A DNA stretch of 64,000 nucleotides from Candidatus Babelota bacterium (GTDB taxonomy: Bacteria > Babelota > Babeliae > Babelales > Vermiphilaceae). Every line of letters starts with the position of its first letter. The stretch's first letter is position 1. This document shows positions 1 to 10,168 of the stretch, one piece after another. The notes beneath the pieces are model-generated. The model saw only the letters and a program-made list of their open reading frames with translations. It was not told the DNA's origin and searched no databases. A program made the translations under genes and the position numbers. The stretch is from the NCBI GenBank assembly GCA_049325595.1, contig JBMOLF010000010.1, forward strand, positions 32,001 through 96,000, given 5' to 3'.

Positions 1-1
1 G

Positions 2-988
2 AAAAATGCCAACTTCCGTCACCGTCCTATTGGTTTGGGGTTAATGGGATTACAAGATGCATTATACAAGCTTGATATTAATTTTGACTCGCCACAAGCA
101 TTAGAAATATCAAGCCATATTATGGAAATTATTTCTTATAATGCAATTCTTGCATCATCGATGCTTGCAAAAGAACGTGGTGCATATGAATCTTATAAAG
201 GTTCAAAATGGGATAGAGGAATTTTCCCACAGGATACTATTACATTGCTTGAGCATGAACGTAATATGCAAGTTGAAGTAAGTAGAAAAAGCATTCTTGA
301 TTGGGAACCAGTTCGCAAGCATGTAGCAACCTATGGTATGCGTAATTCAAATACTATGGCAATTGCACCAACAGCAACTATTTCTAATATTTCTGGTTGT
401 TTCCCTTGCATAGAGCCTATTTACAAAAATCTTTATGTAAAAGCAAACATGACGGGTGAATTCACCGTCGTGAACAAATATTTAGTTGAAGATTTAAAGC
501 AACTAGGTTTATGGGATCATGATATGCTTGAACTTCTTAAATATTATGATGGTAGCGTACAGCTGATTGAGTGTATCCCGCAAAAACTTAAAGATAAATA
601 CAAAGAAGTATTTGAAATTGATCCTGAATGGTTGGTTAAAATGACTGCTGAACGTGGTGTATGGATCGATCAAAGTCAATCTCATAATGTATTTATGAAA
701 GGTGTTTCTGGTAAGAAATTAAGTACGATTTATATTGCCGGGTGGAAAGCAGGTCTTAAAACTTTCTATTACTTACGTACTTTGGGAGCATCTCAAATTG
801 AAAAATCAACGCTCGATGCTAAAAAGTTTGGGTTTACCCAAAAACGTGAGTATGTAGCGGTTGAAACTAAATCAGAAACAGTATCAAGTGATGCTCAGGG
901 TAATATGGTGATAGAGCAAGAAACAACAATGATGCAAAAAACATCCTGTTCGATCTCAGCTGATCCTGAATGTGAAGTGTGTCAATAA
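2..988 (+). CDS. nrdA: Ribonucleoside-diphosphate reductase alpha subunit, 5'-truncated by the window edge
   Basis: Frame open from base 2 (KNANFRHRPIGLGLMG); motifs MRNSNTMAIAPTATIS, WIDQSQS, GLKTFYYLR; C-terminal CEVCQ cysteine pair. Confidence 0.97.
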   Translation, partial: KNANFRHRPIGLGLMGLQDALYKLDINFDSPQALEISSHIMEIISYNAILASSMLAKERGAYESYKGSKWDRGIFPQDTITLLEHERNMQVEVSRKSILDWEPVRKHVATYGMRNSNTMAIAPTATISNISGCFPCIEPIYKNLYVKANMTGEFTVVNKYLVEDLKQLGLWDHDMLELLKYYDGSVQLIECIPQKLKDKYKEVFEIDPEWLVKMTAERGVWIDQSQSHNVFMKGVSGKKLSTIYIAGWKAGLKTFYYLRTLGASQIEKSTLDAKKFGFTQKREYVAVETKSETVSSDAQGNMVIEQETTMMQKTSCSISADPECEVCQ

Positions 989-1006
989 TAAAATGAAAGG
1001 ACTATT

Positions 1007-2017
1007 ATGTCACAACAAAAAAAAGGCATAATAAACAATTCTGCTGTAGATCCTAACAAGATCTTACCTATGAAATATTTATGGGCACGCCAACACTACA
1101 AAGATGGCGTTGCCAACAACTGGGCGCCAGAAGAAGTTTCCATGCAAAAAGATGTTGAACAATGGAAATCGTTAACTGCGCTTAATGATGTTGAGCGCCG
1201 TATGATTATTTATAATCTTGGATTTTTTTCAACAGCAGAATCATTAACTGCAAATAATTTGGTATTGGCTGTTTACAAACATGTTACCAACCCAGAATGT
1301 CGCCAATATTTGTTGCGCCAAGCATTTGAAGAGGCTATTCACACCGATACATTTATTTATTGCTGTGATACATTAGGGCTAAATCCTGATGAAATTTATA
1401 ATATGTATCAAACCATACCTTCAATTAAAGAAAAAGATGAGTTTGTAGTAGAACTTACTAAATCATTGTTTGATCCTAATTTTACTACCGACGGTGTAGT
1501 AAACATTCAGCGCTTTTTACGTGATTTAGTTGGTTTTTACGTAATTATGGAAGGCATTTTCTTCTATGCTGGTTTTGCTATGATGCTTGCTTTAAAGCGT
1601 CAAAACAAAATGGTTGGTATTGGTGAGCAGTTTGAATATATTATGCGCGATGAAAGTTTGCACCTTGCATTTGGTTGCGATTTAATTAATACCATTAAAG
1701 CTGAAAATCCTGAAGTTTGGACTGCCGATTTCCAAGAAGAAATTGTTGAGCTTATTAAAAAAGCAGTAATTCTTGAGAAAAAGTATGCATTTGATGCATG
1801 TCCGCAGGGATTGCTCGGTATTAATGCACAACAATTCTCAGATTATGTTGAATATATCACCGATCGTCGCCTAGAACGAATTGATTTGCCAAAAATATAT
1901 GGCACGCAAAATCCATTCCCATGGATGTCTCAGTCTACCGATCTTGCAAAAGAAAAGAATTTCTTTGAAACACGAGTTACTGAGTATCAGTCCGCTGGCG
2001 CCCTTGAGTGGGAATAA
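1007..2017 (+). CDS. nrdB: Ribonucleotide reductase beta subunit, class Ic (R2c)-like
   Basis: FFSTAESL, EEAIHTDTF, EGIFFYAGF, RDESLH, NFFETRVTEY; follows nrdA; Phe at the radical-Tyr position. Confidence 0.96.
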   Translation: MSQQKKGIINNSAVDPNKILPMKYLWARQHYKDGVANNWAPEEVSMQKDVEQWKSLTALNDVERRMIIYNLGFFSTAESLTANNLVLAVYKHVTNPECRQYLLRQAFEEAIHTDTFIYCCDTLGLNPDEIYNMYQTIPSIKEKDEFVVELTKSLFDPNFTTDGVVNIQRFLRDLVGFYVIMEGIFFYAGFAMMLALKRQNKMVGIGEQFEYIMRDESLHLAFGCDLINTIKAENPEVWTADFQEEIVELIKKAVILEKKYAFDACPQGLLGINAQQFSDYVEYITDRRLERIDLPKIYGTQNPFPWMSQSTDLAKEKNFFETRVTEYQSAGALEWE

Positions 2018-2027
2018 AATAGCACAA

Positions 2028-2065
2028 ATAATGGCAGGGAGAAATCCCTGCCATTATCATTTTTT
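2028..2065 (+). terminator. Intrinsic terminator after nrdB
   Basis: ATAATGGCAGGGA-GAAA-TCCCTGCCATTAT 13-bp stem followed by a T run. Confidence 0.8.
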
Positions 2066-2081
2066 AAAGAGAATATTGTAT

Positions 2082-2558
2082 ATGAAATATTATTTTTTGT
2101 TCATTGTTTGGAGTTATGGTTTTTGTGCTTACAGTATGCACCATCAGGTAATAGTGAATGTTGTTAATAACACCCCTATGCCGGTTAAAATACAACAAAT
2201 TGGCAGAGAACAAATTATGCATATTCCTGGTATGGAAACATCTCATTATTATATATGGCCATTTCAAAGCAATAATTCATATGAAATGAAATTAAAAATA
2301 TCAGGTGATTTTTTTAGATCGGCATATGTTAAGTATGTAAAAAAAGCTAAAAAAAATGATTGTGTAATTAAAAAAAAGTTAATACGTAATTCAAAGAAAA
2401 TAAAATATAAGGTATGGGGTGCCATATACCAATCTCAGAAAGATATACAAGCTCAGAATGATATCAGAGCGAGCGTTATTAATTTAATCATTGATAATAA
2501 TAAAAAACCAATCATATCACCTGAAGCTATTATTTTAGAACCAGAATTAGCTTTGTAG
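2082..2558 (+). CDS. Hypothetical exported protein
   Basis: Start moved to ATG 2082 because the longer ORF overlaps nrdB and the terminator; hydrophobic N-terminus, then AYS|MHHQ. Confidence 0.6.
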   Translation: MKYYFLFIVWSYGFCAYSMHHQVIVNVVNNTPMPVKIQQIGREQIMHIPGMETSHYYIWPFQSNNSYEMKLKISGDFFRSAYVKYVKKAKKNDCVIKKKLIRNSKKIKYKVWGAIYQSQKDIQAQNDIRASVINLIIDNNKKPIISPEAIILEPELAL

Positions 2559-4352
2559 TTTTTTTATCTGCTCATCGGTAAGAGAATTGAGTAATTCTTT
2601 GAGAGTGCTTTTAATTTCGATATAAAGATTATCTAAATTTTGCTCATTTAATGTATTTTTAGATAATAAAAATTCTTTTGGAGCTTCGTTAAATTTGCGA
2701 TGGTAATTTTCTACTTCTTCTTTTAATAAATCATCTAATTCCTTCATGAATGGCATAAATATTTCACATTCGATGAGCTCGGTAATTTTTATGATCTTGG
2801 ACAGACGTTGATGCATTTTATAAATTTTTTTTAATTTTGAAAAAAATTTTAATGTGTAATCGACCTCAGTATTATAATCATCTAATTTTTCTGGAATAAT
2901 ATAGGTTTTGGCATATTTTTCAGATGACTTCTTTTTCTTAATATCCTGTAAACAGTTTTGTATTTGCGTAATTGAGTTGTTAATGCTTCCTAATATTTTT
3001 TGAAGGGGGGGAATATATTGTGGAATGTGTAAGCGAGTTGCTAAATCTTTCCCCTGGGTGATGCGTTCTTGTAATAAGCTTATTTCTTGAATTCGCATAG
3101 TCAAATATTGTTTTAGGAAATTATTTTGATAGGCAATAAGTTCAGGTCTTATAACCTGATTGAGTAAAGAAATTAATTCAATTTTTAAGTCGTTGGAAAT
3201 AGTTTGGGCGTCTTCTGGTTCGGTAATTGCGCTTACCCATCGTTGTTTTACGCATCTATATTTGCTATTAATTGTCTGATAAAGCAGTAAATGTATGTTA
3301 TTAAGGCTTGAACGAATCTCTTTTTTAGCAAGAAATGTTTTACAAGCATACTTTAAAGCTTTGTATATAGTTCCTATTTCTCTTGTAGGGACATATTCGG
3401 CAAAAATTGAAGAGAGATCTTCATTGTTTTGCTGAGAGTAAAAATTTTTTATAATTTTTTGCATAATCTGTTTTGTTTTAACATTAATTTTTTTGGATAA
3501 AGGATTTATTAAGCTACTGGTAATAAAAAAAAGAGCTCTAAAACTCATCTCTTTTAAAGAAGGTATTTTTTGTTGCTCAATTAAATTATTTTCATTAGGA
3601 AGTTCAACATCAGTGAATAATCCTTCAAAAAATTTTGGGTACTCTTTTAATTCACATGCTAGTGAAAGCGATGATTTGCCCAGTTTATTTTTGATTTTTA
3701 AATTAGCGCCTAAGAATAATAAATCTTTTACGAGATCAGGTTTAACTGAGTGTTGGCTAAGTGCTGTATGCAACGGTGTATCACCCTGTAAATTTGGTTT
3801 ATTTATTTGTCCCCCAAATTTACATAGAGATTCGAATATTTGAAAACGTAAATCTTCACGTAAAATTTGTTTTGGCATATCAGAAAAATCATTTTTTTCT
3901 GTATATAATTTTTTTTTGCGTACCATTAAATGAAAAGGTGTTTCTCCTGTATTGTCTTGATGGTCAGGAATAGCGCCATGTTCTAAGAGAAGCTTGACTC
4001 TAGCAAGATTTAATTCATCGACAGCATTATGCAACGGTGTTTTGCCCTGACGATTCATCCTATTTATAAATTCACTAAAAGGGACAGGGGCATCAGGTAA
4101 TTGTTTTATTAGTGTTATAAGCGTCTGAGCGACACTTACTTTTTTTGTAATATGTAAGCAATTATTTGCATAGCTATCGGTATAGAGTAAGTCTGCTCCA
4201 TTATCTAGCATTTTTTTTACCCGTTCCCAATCACCTTTTTCACAGGCATCAAAAAACAGTTCATTGCCACCCTGATCAAAAATATTTTTTTCCATACCAA
4301 AAAATGGAACGCTTAGGTGCAAAAGTAATATTGTTAAAATGTTTTTTTTCAT
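2547..4352 (-). CDS. Signal-peptide ankyrin-repeat protein with helical/coiled-coil C-terminus
   Basis: GKTPLHNAV, GETPFHL and GDTPLHTAL ankyrin motifs; N-terminus MKKNILTILLLHLSVPFFG|MEK. Confidence 0.9.
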   Translation of the reverse strand: MKKNILTILLLHLSVPFFGMEKNIFDQGGNELFFDACEKGDWERVKKMLDNGADLLYTDSYANNCLHITKKVSVAQTLITLIKQLPDAPVPFSEFINRMNRQGKTPLHNAVDELNLARVKLLLEHGAIPDHQDNTGETPFHLMVRKKKLYTEKNDFSDMPKQILREDLRFQIFESLCKFGGQINKPNLQGDTPLHTALSQHSVKPDLVKDLLFLGANLKIKNKLGKSSLSLACELKEYPKFFEGLFTDVELPNENNLIEQQKIPSLKEMSFRALFFITSSLINPLSKKINVKTKQIMQKIIKNFYSQQNNEDLSSIFAEYVPTREIGTIYKALKYACKTFLAKKEIRSSLNNIHLLLYQTINSKYRCVKQRWVSAITEPEDAQTISNDLKIELISLLNQVIRPELIAYQNNFLKQYLTMRIQEISLLQERITQGKDLATRLHIPQYIPPLQKILGSINNSITQIQNCLQDIKKKKSSEKYAKTYIIPEKLDDYNTEVDYTLKFFSKLKKIYKMHQRLSKIIKITELIECEIFMPFMKELDDLLKEEVENYHRKFNEAPKEFLLSKNTLNEQNLDNLYIEIKSTLKELLNSLTDEQIKKLQS

Positions 4353-5734
4353 TCTTTTTTGCCTATTTTACTAATTACAAAATGTTGCAAAAATCTATTC
4401 TTGCAATCTAAAACATTGCACGCATCGATGATCAAAGGACGCTTCATTATTTGGTGAAAGGGAGCATTTTCAAGTTGTTTAAATTCGCACCAATCGGTCA
4501 TAATTATTGCAGCATCACAATCAGATAACGCTGTTTCTAATGAATTACAATAACAAATATTCGGAAATAACTTTTTCATAGCATCATTTGCAATCGGATC
4601 ATACGCTTTTATATGAGCGCCATGTTTTTGAAGTAACTCTATAGTGGTAATAGCACAGGAATTTCGTATATCATTTGTACCGGCTTTGAATGAAAGGCCT
4701 AAAACAGCAACAGTTTTACCATCCAAAGTTACTAAATGTTCTAATAATTTTTTTACCGGAACCGTGCGTTGTTCTTGATTGGTTTGTAAACAAGCAGCAA
4801 GGGTGCGCAAAATAACACCGTGGTTTTTTGCAATCTGAAGTAACGCACTACAATCTTTAGGAAAACAAGATCCACCAAATCCCGGTCCATGCTTTAAAAA
4901 ATAAGAACCAATACGCTTATCAAGGCCCATGGCATGAGAAACTTGGCAGATATCTGCTCCTGTTTTTTCACATAAATTGGCAATTTCATTAATAAAGCTA
5001 ATTTTTACCGCTAAAAAAGAATTAGAAGCATATTTAATCGTTTCGGCAGTTGCCGGATCTACTAACACGCAGGGAATTTTTTCTTGAAGAAGTGGTTCAT
5101 ATAAGTTTTTAATTGTATGCGCAGCTTCAAATGAATGAGATCCAATTACAATACGATCCGGATTTAAAAAGTCATAAACTGCAGATCCTTCCCGTAAAAA
5201 TTCTGGATTCATTACCATGTCAAATAAATCGGGCGAAACATTATGTGAAAGTAATAGTTGTTCAGCATAATCTGTTGTGCCAATAGGTACGGTGCTTTTT
5301 ATGCAGATTATTGTTTTTTTGTACAACGACTTACCAATGGTAGCAAGTGCTGTATTCAAATAACCCATATAAGCAGTACCATCATCATTCATAGGGGTGT
5401 CAACGGCAATAAAAACTATGTCTGCTTGTTTGATGGCTTCTTCTGCTTGAGTGGTAAAGAATAATTTTTGATGCAAAAGCTCTTTACGTAAAAGATCGGT
5501 AAGTTGAGGCTCATAAATCGAAACAATTCCATTTTTTAGTTCATTTATTTTTTTTTCATCAATATCAACACATATTACCGAATAACCAAGATGTGCAAAG
5601 CAGGTACCCGTAACTAATCCCACATAACCCGTGCCAATAACGGCAATAGTTGGTATCTTAGTCTGAGAAAAAATACCATTATGAAATAGAATTGTGAAAA
5701 AAAATAATGAAATAATTTTCTTAATTTTGTTCAT
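4349..5734 (-). CDS. ugd: UDP-glucose/GDP-mannose 6-dehydrogenase family protein with signal-peptide-like extension
   Basis: IAVIGTGYVG, KSTVPIGT, NPEFLREG, GFGGSCFPKD, LGLSFK. Confidence 0.93.
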   Translation of the reverse strand: MNKIKKIISLFFFTILFHNGIFSQTKIPTIAVIGTGYVGLVTGTCFAHLGYSVICVDIDEKKINELKNGIVSIYEPQLTDLLRKELLHQKLFFTTQAEEAIKQADIVFIAVDTPMNDDGTAYMGYLNTALATIGKSLYKKTIICIKSTVPIGTTDYAEQLLLSHNVSPDLFDMVMNPEFLREGSAVYDFLNPDRIVIGSHSFEAAHTIKNLYEPLLQEKIPCVLVDPATAETIKYASNSFLAVKISFINEIANLCEKTGADICQVSHAMGLDKRIGSYFLKHGPGFGGSCFPKDCSALLQIAKNHGVILRTLAACLQTNQEQRTVPVKKLLEHLVTLDGKTVAVLGLSFKAGTNDIRNSCAITTIELLQKHGAHIKAYDPIANDAMKKLFPNICYCNSLETALSDCDAAIIMTDWCEFKQLENAPFHQIMKRPLIIDACNVLDCKNRFLQHFVISKIGKKE

Positions 5735-5884
5735 TGAGTCCCCCTTATCACTGGAGTATAGCTCAATGTTTTTATTTACTTCTAGAAATTGTTATTTTTG
5801 TTCAAATTTCGCTGGATTATTTTATTGAAAGCCTCTTCTTTTTTGTATTAAAGTAAGGCTAGTTGTTTATGATAACTGGAGTAA

Positions 5885-6724
5885 GTGAAAATGCGTTATA
5901 TGTGGTTATTAATAATCGGCATCCTACTTCATATAAGTAGTGTGGCTAAAGAATGTCTCACCTCATTTGTAATAGTAACTGCATCATATAATAACAAAGA
6001 TTGGTACCAAAAAAATTTACTTTCGCTTTTTGTACAAAAATATGAAAATTGGCGATTAATTTATGTTGATGATGCCTCTGATGACGGTACGGGAGCATTG
6101 GTAGAGCAATTTGTTCATGAACATGGCATGCAATCACGGGTGATGATTATAAGAAACAGTGCAAGAAGAGGGCACTTTGCTAATCAATATGATGCCATAC
6201 ACACCTGTGATCCTTCAGAAGTGGTGATAATTCTTGATGGTGATGATTGGCTAGCACATGATCAGGTATTAAATCGATTGCATGAAGTTTATCAAGATGA
6301 TGATGTGTGGCTTACGTATGGCCAATTTTGGTATTGGAAGAAAAATAAAAAAGGCTTTTGTAAACCTATTTCTCAGGAAAGATTAGAACAAGGAACAATA
6401 CGAACGCTTAAACCTTTTATGACATCTCATCTGCGAACATTTTATGCAGGATTGTATCAACAAATTCAAAAAGAACATCTTATGTATAATGATGCATTTT
6501 TTCCTATGTGTGTTGATGTTGCTACTATGATGCCTATGATAGAAATGGCTCGAACTCATGTGCGTTACTTAGATGAGATTTTGTATATTTACAATGATGC
6601 AAATCATCTTTCTTTTTTTCATGATCGCCGAAAACAACAAGAAGAACTAGAAGCATATATTAGAAAACAACCAACCTATCAGGCACTTAACCGAGTTCCA
6701 TGGGCACTAGAAAAGGATAACTAA
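5885..6724 (+). CDS. GT2 glycosyltransferase with signal peptide (alternative ATG at 5891)
   Basis: SYNN, YVDDASDDGT, LDGDDW (DxD) motifs. Confidence 0.9.
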   Translation: MKMRYMWLLIIGILLHISSVAKECLTSFVIVTASYNNKDWYQKNLLSLFVQKYENWRLIYVDDASDDGTGALVEQFVHEHGMQSRVMIIRNSARRGHFANQYDAIHTCDPSEVVIILDGDDWLAHDQVLNRLHEVYQDDDVWLTYGQFWYWKKNKKGFCKPISQERLEQGTIRTLKPFMTSHLRTFYAGLYQQIQKEHLMYNDAFFPMCVDVATMMPMIEMARTHVRYLDEILYIYNDANHLSFFHDRRKQQEELEAYIRKQPTYQALNRVPWALEKDN

Positions 6725-8184
6725 TGCAGGGGGTATTTAAACTTTTGTTACTTTTTTTTATGGCTTTTTTTATTAATACCGATGCTAAAGAAAAAAAATT
6801 AGTAATTATAATAACCTCTTTTAACAATGCCCAATGGTATCGTGCTAATTTAGACTCAGTTTTTGACCAAGAGTATCAAAATTATCGCGTTATTTACGTA
6901 GATGACTGTTCTGATGATGGAACAGCAGAATTGGTTGAAAAATATATTGCACAACGGGACCAACAACATCGTTGTATGCTTATTAAAAATAAAAAACGAG
7001 TGCGAGCATTAGCTAATTTATATAACGCAGTGCATCTTTGTGATGACAATGAAATAATTTTTAATTTTGATGGCGATGATTGGTTTGCGCATAATAAAGT
7101 TTTTGCCATGATTAATGAAATCTATGACGATCCCAATGTGTGGATTACCTATGGTCAATTTAAAAACTGGCCTACGGAACAAATGGGTTATTGTAAGCCA
7201 TTGCCTGATGAAGTGGTACAAAAACAATTGTATCGACAAAAATGGTGGGCGCCAGGACAACTACGCACGTTTTACGCATGGTTATTTAAAAAAGTGCAAT
7301 TAAAAGATTTGTTATTTGAAGGCCCTTATTTTAGAGGACAATTTTTTCCTGCAAATTCTGATCTTGCTATTTATTATCCCATGATGGAAATGGCAGGTCA
7401 TCGCCATAAATTTATTTCAGACGTAATATACATTCGCAATGTTCAAACGCCAATTAATGATTTTAAAGCCAATAAAGATGTTCAAGTAATGGGTAGTGCT
7501 TTAATACGTGCTAAAAAGAGATATCCATTATTGCCAAGTCACTATCAACCGGTAAAAAAAGATAATGAGAAAAAGGCTGATGTTGTGATTATTTCTTCTT
7601 GTGAGGAGAAAACAGATAGGCTATTAAAATCTATAGAAAACTTAATGATTGGTATTAATAGGGTATACATTTTAAGCAATAAGGCAGCGTTTTCATATGA
7701 AGATTGCAAGCATATGGTATCTTGCCCAATTATTGTTCAAGAATATCGTACTGTCCAAGAATTAAATGAGATAGTAAGTGATGCTTCAGATTACCTTTTG
7801 TTATTAAATGATTCGTTATTGGTAATTAGATATATTAATTTAGTTGAGTGTATTGAATGGCTTGAAAAGACCTATGCTTATGGTTTTTATTTAATGCAGG
7901 ATAAAAAATCTACTCTATCGCCATTTACCGGAAACTTTCAGCCAGTTCCCATTCTTAATAAAGTGCATAGCACTATCTATGCTTGGGCTTTTCATTACGC
8001 AGATTGCGGTGATTGGCGCAATCCTTTGCAGTGGGGTTGCTTGTACAAAAAGAGCGATCTTATTCAGGCAATAAATAGTTTGCTGTTTGTTACTGGTAAT
8101 GCCGACAAGCCAAGTGAATTAATTGATCTAGAAAATATTGGGTTATGTTATAAAAAGCCTAAATTATGTCTTATTGCAAGTTAA
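6724..8184 (+). CDS. GT2 glycosyltransferase with signal peptide and an extra C-terminal domain; paralog of the preceding gene
   Basis: YVDDCSDDGT, FDGDDW, WITYGQF and LRTFYA shared with 5885..6724; TAATG stop/start coupling. Confidence 0.9.
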   Translation: MQGVFKLLLLFFMAFFINTDAKEKKLVIIITSFNNAQWYRANLDSVFDQEYQNYRVIYVDDCSDDGTAELVEKYIAQRDQQHRCMLIKNKKRVRALANLYNAVHLCDDNEIIFNFDGDDWFAHNKVFAMINEIYDDPNVWITYGQFKNWPTEQMGYCKPLPDEVVQKQLYRQKWWAPGQLRTFYAWLFKKVQLKDLLFEGPYFRGQFFPANSDLAIYYPMMEMAGHRHKFISDVIYIRNVQTPINDFKANKDVQVMGSALIRAKKRYPLLPSHYQPVKKDNEKKADVVIISSCEEKTDRLLKSIENLMIGINRVYILSNKAAFSYEDCKHMVSCPIIVQEYRTVQELNEIVSDASDYLLLLNDSLLVIRYINLVECIEWLEKTYAYGFYLMQDKKSTLSPFTGNFQPVPILNKVHSTIYAWAFHYADCGDWRNPLQWGCLYKKSDLIQAINSLLFVTGNADKPSELIDLENIGLCYKKPKLCLIAS

Positions 8185-8293
8185 TTTAAAGATAGACATA
8201 TATTTTAAGCGTATTAATCTGTACTAAAATTGTTACAAAAAGGAAATCCAAAAACAGTTTTCCTTTTTTTGTTTTTTATTACAGAAAAAACTC

Positions 8294-8692
8294 ATGAAAT
8301 ATTTTTTATTTAGTATAATGCTCGTATTCACTGCAGATGCCATGCAGCCATATGAATTATCTTGTTTTAAGGTAACAATGCCTTCAGACCATATAATTAA
8401 AAGTAAGTTGTCAAAAGATGAAAATTTTAAAGATCTCACGATAAAAAGTGAATTGCATAAGCAATTGAGTGAAAAAATTTTAACCTATCGTGAACTTAAT
8501 AGCATAGTAGCCCGAGCCATAGAGCAATGGGCAGAATATCATCATAATGGAATGATACTACTTTTTGCCGATCAAACAGTTCCTTTGGTAGTTAAAACAA
8601 TATTTAAAAATAAGCCTACTATAATACAGAGTTATGAGCGTTTTTTAACTATTGAAAAAGAGTTGAAAGAAGTTAACCGATATTTAGTTTAA
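8294..8692 (+). CDS. Hypothetical exported protein
   Basis: Signal peptide MKYFLFSIMLVFTADA|MQ. Confidence 0.7.
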   Translation: MKYFLFSIMLVFTADAMQPYELSCFKVTMPSDHIIKSKLSKDENFKDLTIKSELHKQLSEKILTYRELNSIVARAIEQWAEYHHNGMILLFADQTVPLVVKTIFKNKPTIIQSYERFLTIEKELKEVNRYLV

Positions 8693-8796
8693 TTTATCTG
8701 ATGAAATAATAATGTTTGTAATTAAGTATCTATTTTCTTGATTGCAAATAACTGTACGTCGGATACTAAAATCAAAACAAGAAAGGAGTATCCGTT

Positions 8797-9204
8797 ATGA
8801 AAGCAGTTAAGGTTTTATTTTTCAGCATATTTTTTTTAGCAACTCAGGCTCATAATCATCAGCAAAAATATGCACAAAGAGTTAAGCAGTATTTTAACTC
8901 CTATCAAAAAGAATTTGCACAAGGTTTTGCTTTGGGTGCTGCTAGTGCAATAGGAATTGATTTTTTAAGAAATAAGGTATTACCAAACCTAGATGAATTA
9001 AAGCTCCATCAAAGAACAGGCATTTGCAGAGATCAACTTACCGGTCAATTAAAAGTAGCGTCAGCATTAGTAGGAGTTGCAGCACTTGAGAATAATCAAT
9101 TTGCTGATATTAATAACACAATAATACGCACCATTGGTGTACTTGTTGGCGCCAATTTTGCTGCATTCGCAACAAAATATGTTTCTGAATTATTAAAGAA
9201 ATAA
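8797..9204 (+). CDS. Hypothetical exported/membrane protein
   Basis: AAGGAG RBS; signal peptide; Gly/Ala-rich hydrophobic helices. Confidence 0.75.
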   Translation: MKAVKVLFFSIFFLATQAHNHQQKYAQRVKQYFNSYQKEFAQGFALGAASAIGIDFLRNKVLPNLDELKLHQRTGICRDQLTGQLKVASALVGVAALENNQFADINNTIIRTIGVLVGANFAAFATKYVSELLKK

Positions 9205-9220
9205 TAAGTAATTTTGCAGA

Positions 9221-9248
9221 GGCTCCTTTTATAGGAGCCCTTTTTTTT
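9221..9248 (+). terminator. Intrinsic terminator between convergent genes
   Basis: GGCTCCT-TTTAT-AGGAGCC followed by a T run. Confidence 0.7.
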
Positions 9249-10158
9249 ACTTTGATTGAGCTAATTTTTCTTCATGTTGTCTAATTAATTCAGCAATTTC
9301 GGGTGTACCGCCTTTTAAAGCATATTCATAGGCACCTGTTATTGATGCTCCATGCTCAAGTAAAAAATCAACCATTCCTATATTTTTCTGGTTAATGGCC
9401 ATTTCTAATGGAGTTTGGTTTAAGCCGCCCACTCCCGATTTTATATTAACATCTGCACCTTGTGATAATAAATATTCTAGCGCCTGATAATTTCCTACAG
9501 TAACTGCGATTTCTATCGGTGTTCGGTTACAATTATCTTTGTTATTAACATCAATGCCTTTTTTTATAATTTTTTTTATTAATAGAATGTTTGCGCTGGT
9601 AGCAATAGCGCTATTTAAAATATCGATGTCTGCATTTGCCCCTGATTCTAATAATTTTAATGCTAAGTTGTTATTGCGGAAATTTAGTGCCACTGTTAGG
9701 GGAGACATAGAATGGCTTACTTGATTTATATCAGCATTTTCAGCAATAAGTAGATCTACTAAGGGATAGTTTTCTTTCCAAATAGCTCTTACAAGCGGAG
9801 AGTTTTCCATCTTATCTTTTTTATTTACATTAGCTCCATATTGTAAAAGTAATTTGGCAATATCAATACTAGTTTTATCTTTATTGCTGGCAATTAAAGT
9901 AAGAGGAGTGTAATGCAAAGTTCCTTCTTTAATTTGCCAGGATAAATCTTCATCTGGTGAAGCGCCTGATTCTAAAGCAAATTTTACTTTTTTAAGATTA
10001 TTTTCTTGTAATCCTTCGAGCAACTCAATTTTAGGATCAAATCGTTGAATGATTTGTGTAGCAATAGTACGGCATTCTTCTTTTTGTGCAGCATCACAGC
10101 TAATGCCTGCTAAACAGCAAATAAAAATAAACGTTAATGACAATTTTCTTATTAACAT
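9247..10158 (-). CDS. Signal-peptide ankyrin-repeat protein (tandem paralog 3)
   Basis: YTPLTL, GANVN, RTPIEIAV, GADVN, QTPLEMA. Confidence 0.92.
   Translation of the reverse strand: MLIRKLSLTFIFICCLAGISCDAAQKEECRTIATQIIQRFDPKIELLEGLQENNLKKVKFALESGASPDEDLSWQIKEGTLHYTPLTLIASNKDKTSIDIAKLLLQYGANVNKKDKMENSPLVRAIWKENYPLVDLLIAENADINQVSHSMSPLTVALNFRNNNLALKLLESGANADIDILNSAIATSANILLIKKIIKKGIDVNNKDNCNRTPIEIAVTVGNYQALEYLLSQGADVNIKSGVGGLNQTPLEMAINQKNIGMVDFLLEHGASITGAYEYALKGGTPEIAELIRQHEEKLAQSK
9251..9300. repeat. 50-bp direct repeat, copy 1 (ankyrin C-terminus)
   Basis: 49 of 50 nt identical to 10182..10231. Confidence 0.9.
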
Positions 10159-10168
10159 GTTTTTCCTT

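Noticed and set aside
1881..2081. 5' extension of ORF 1881..2558
   Set aside because: Overlaps nrdB and its terminator; ATG 2082 gives a sensible signal peptide.
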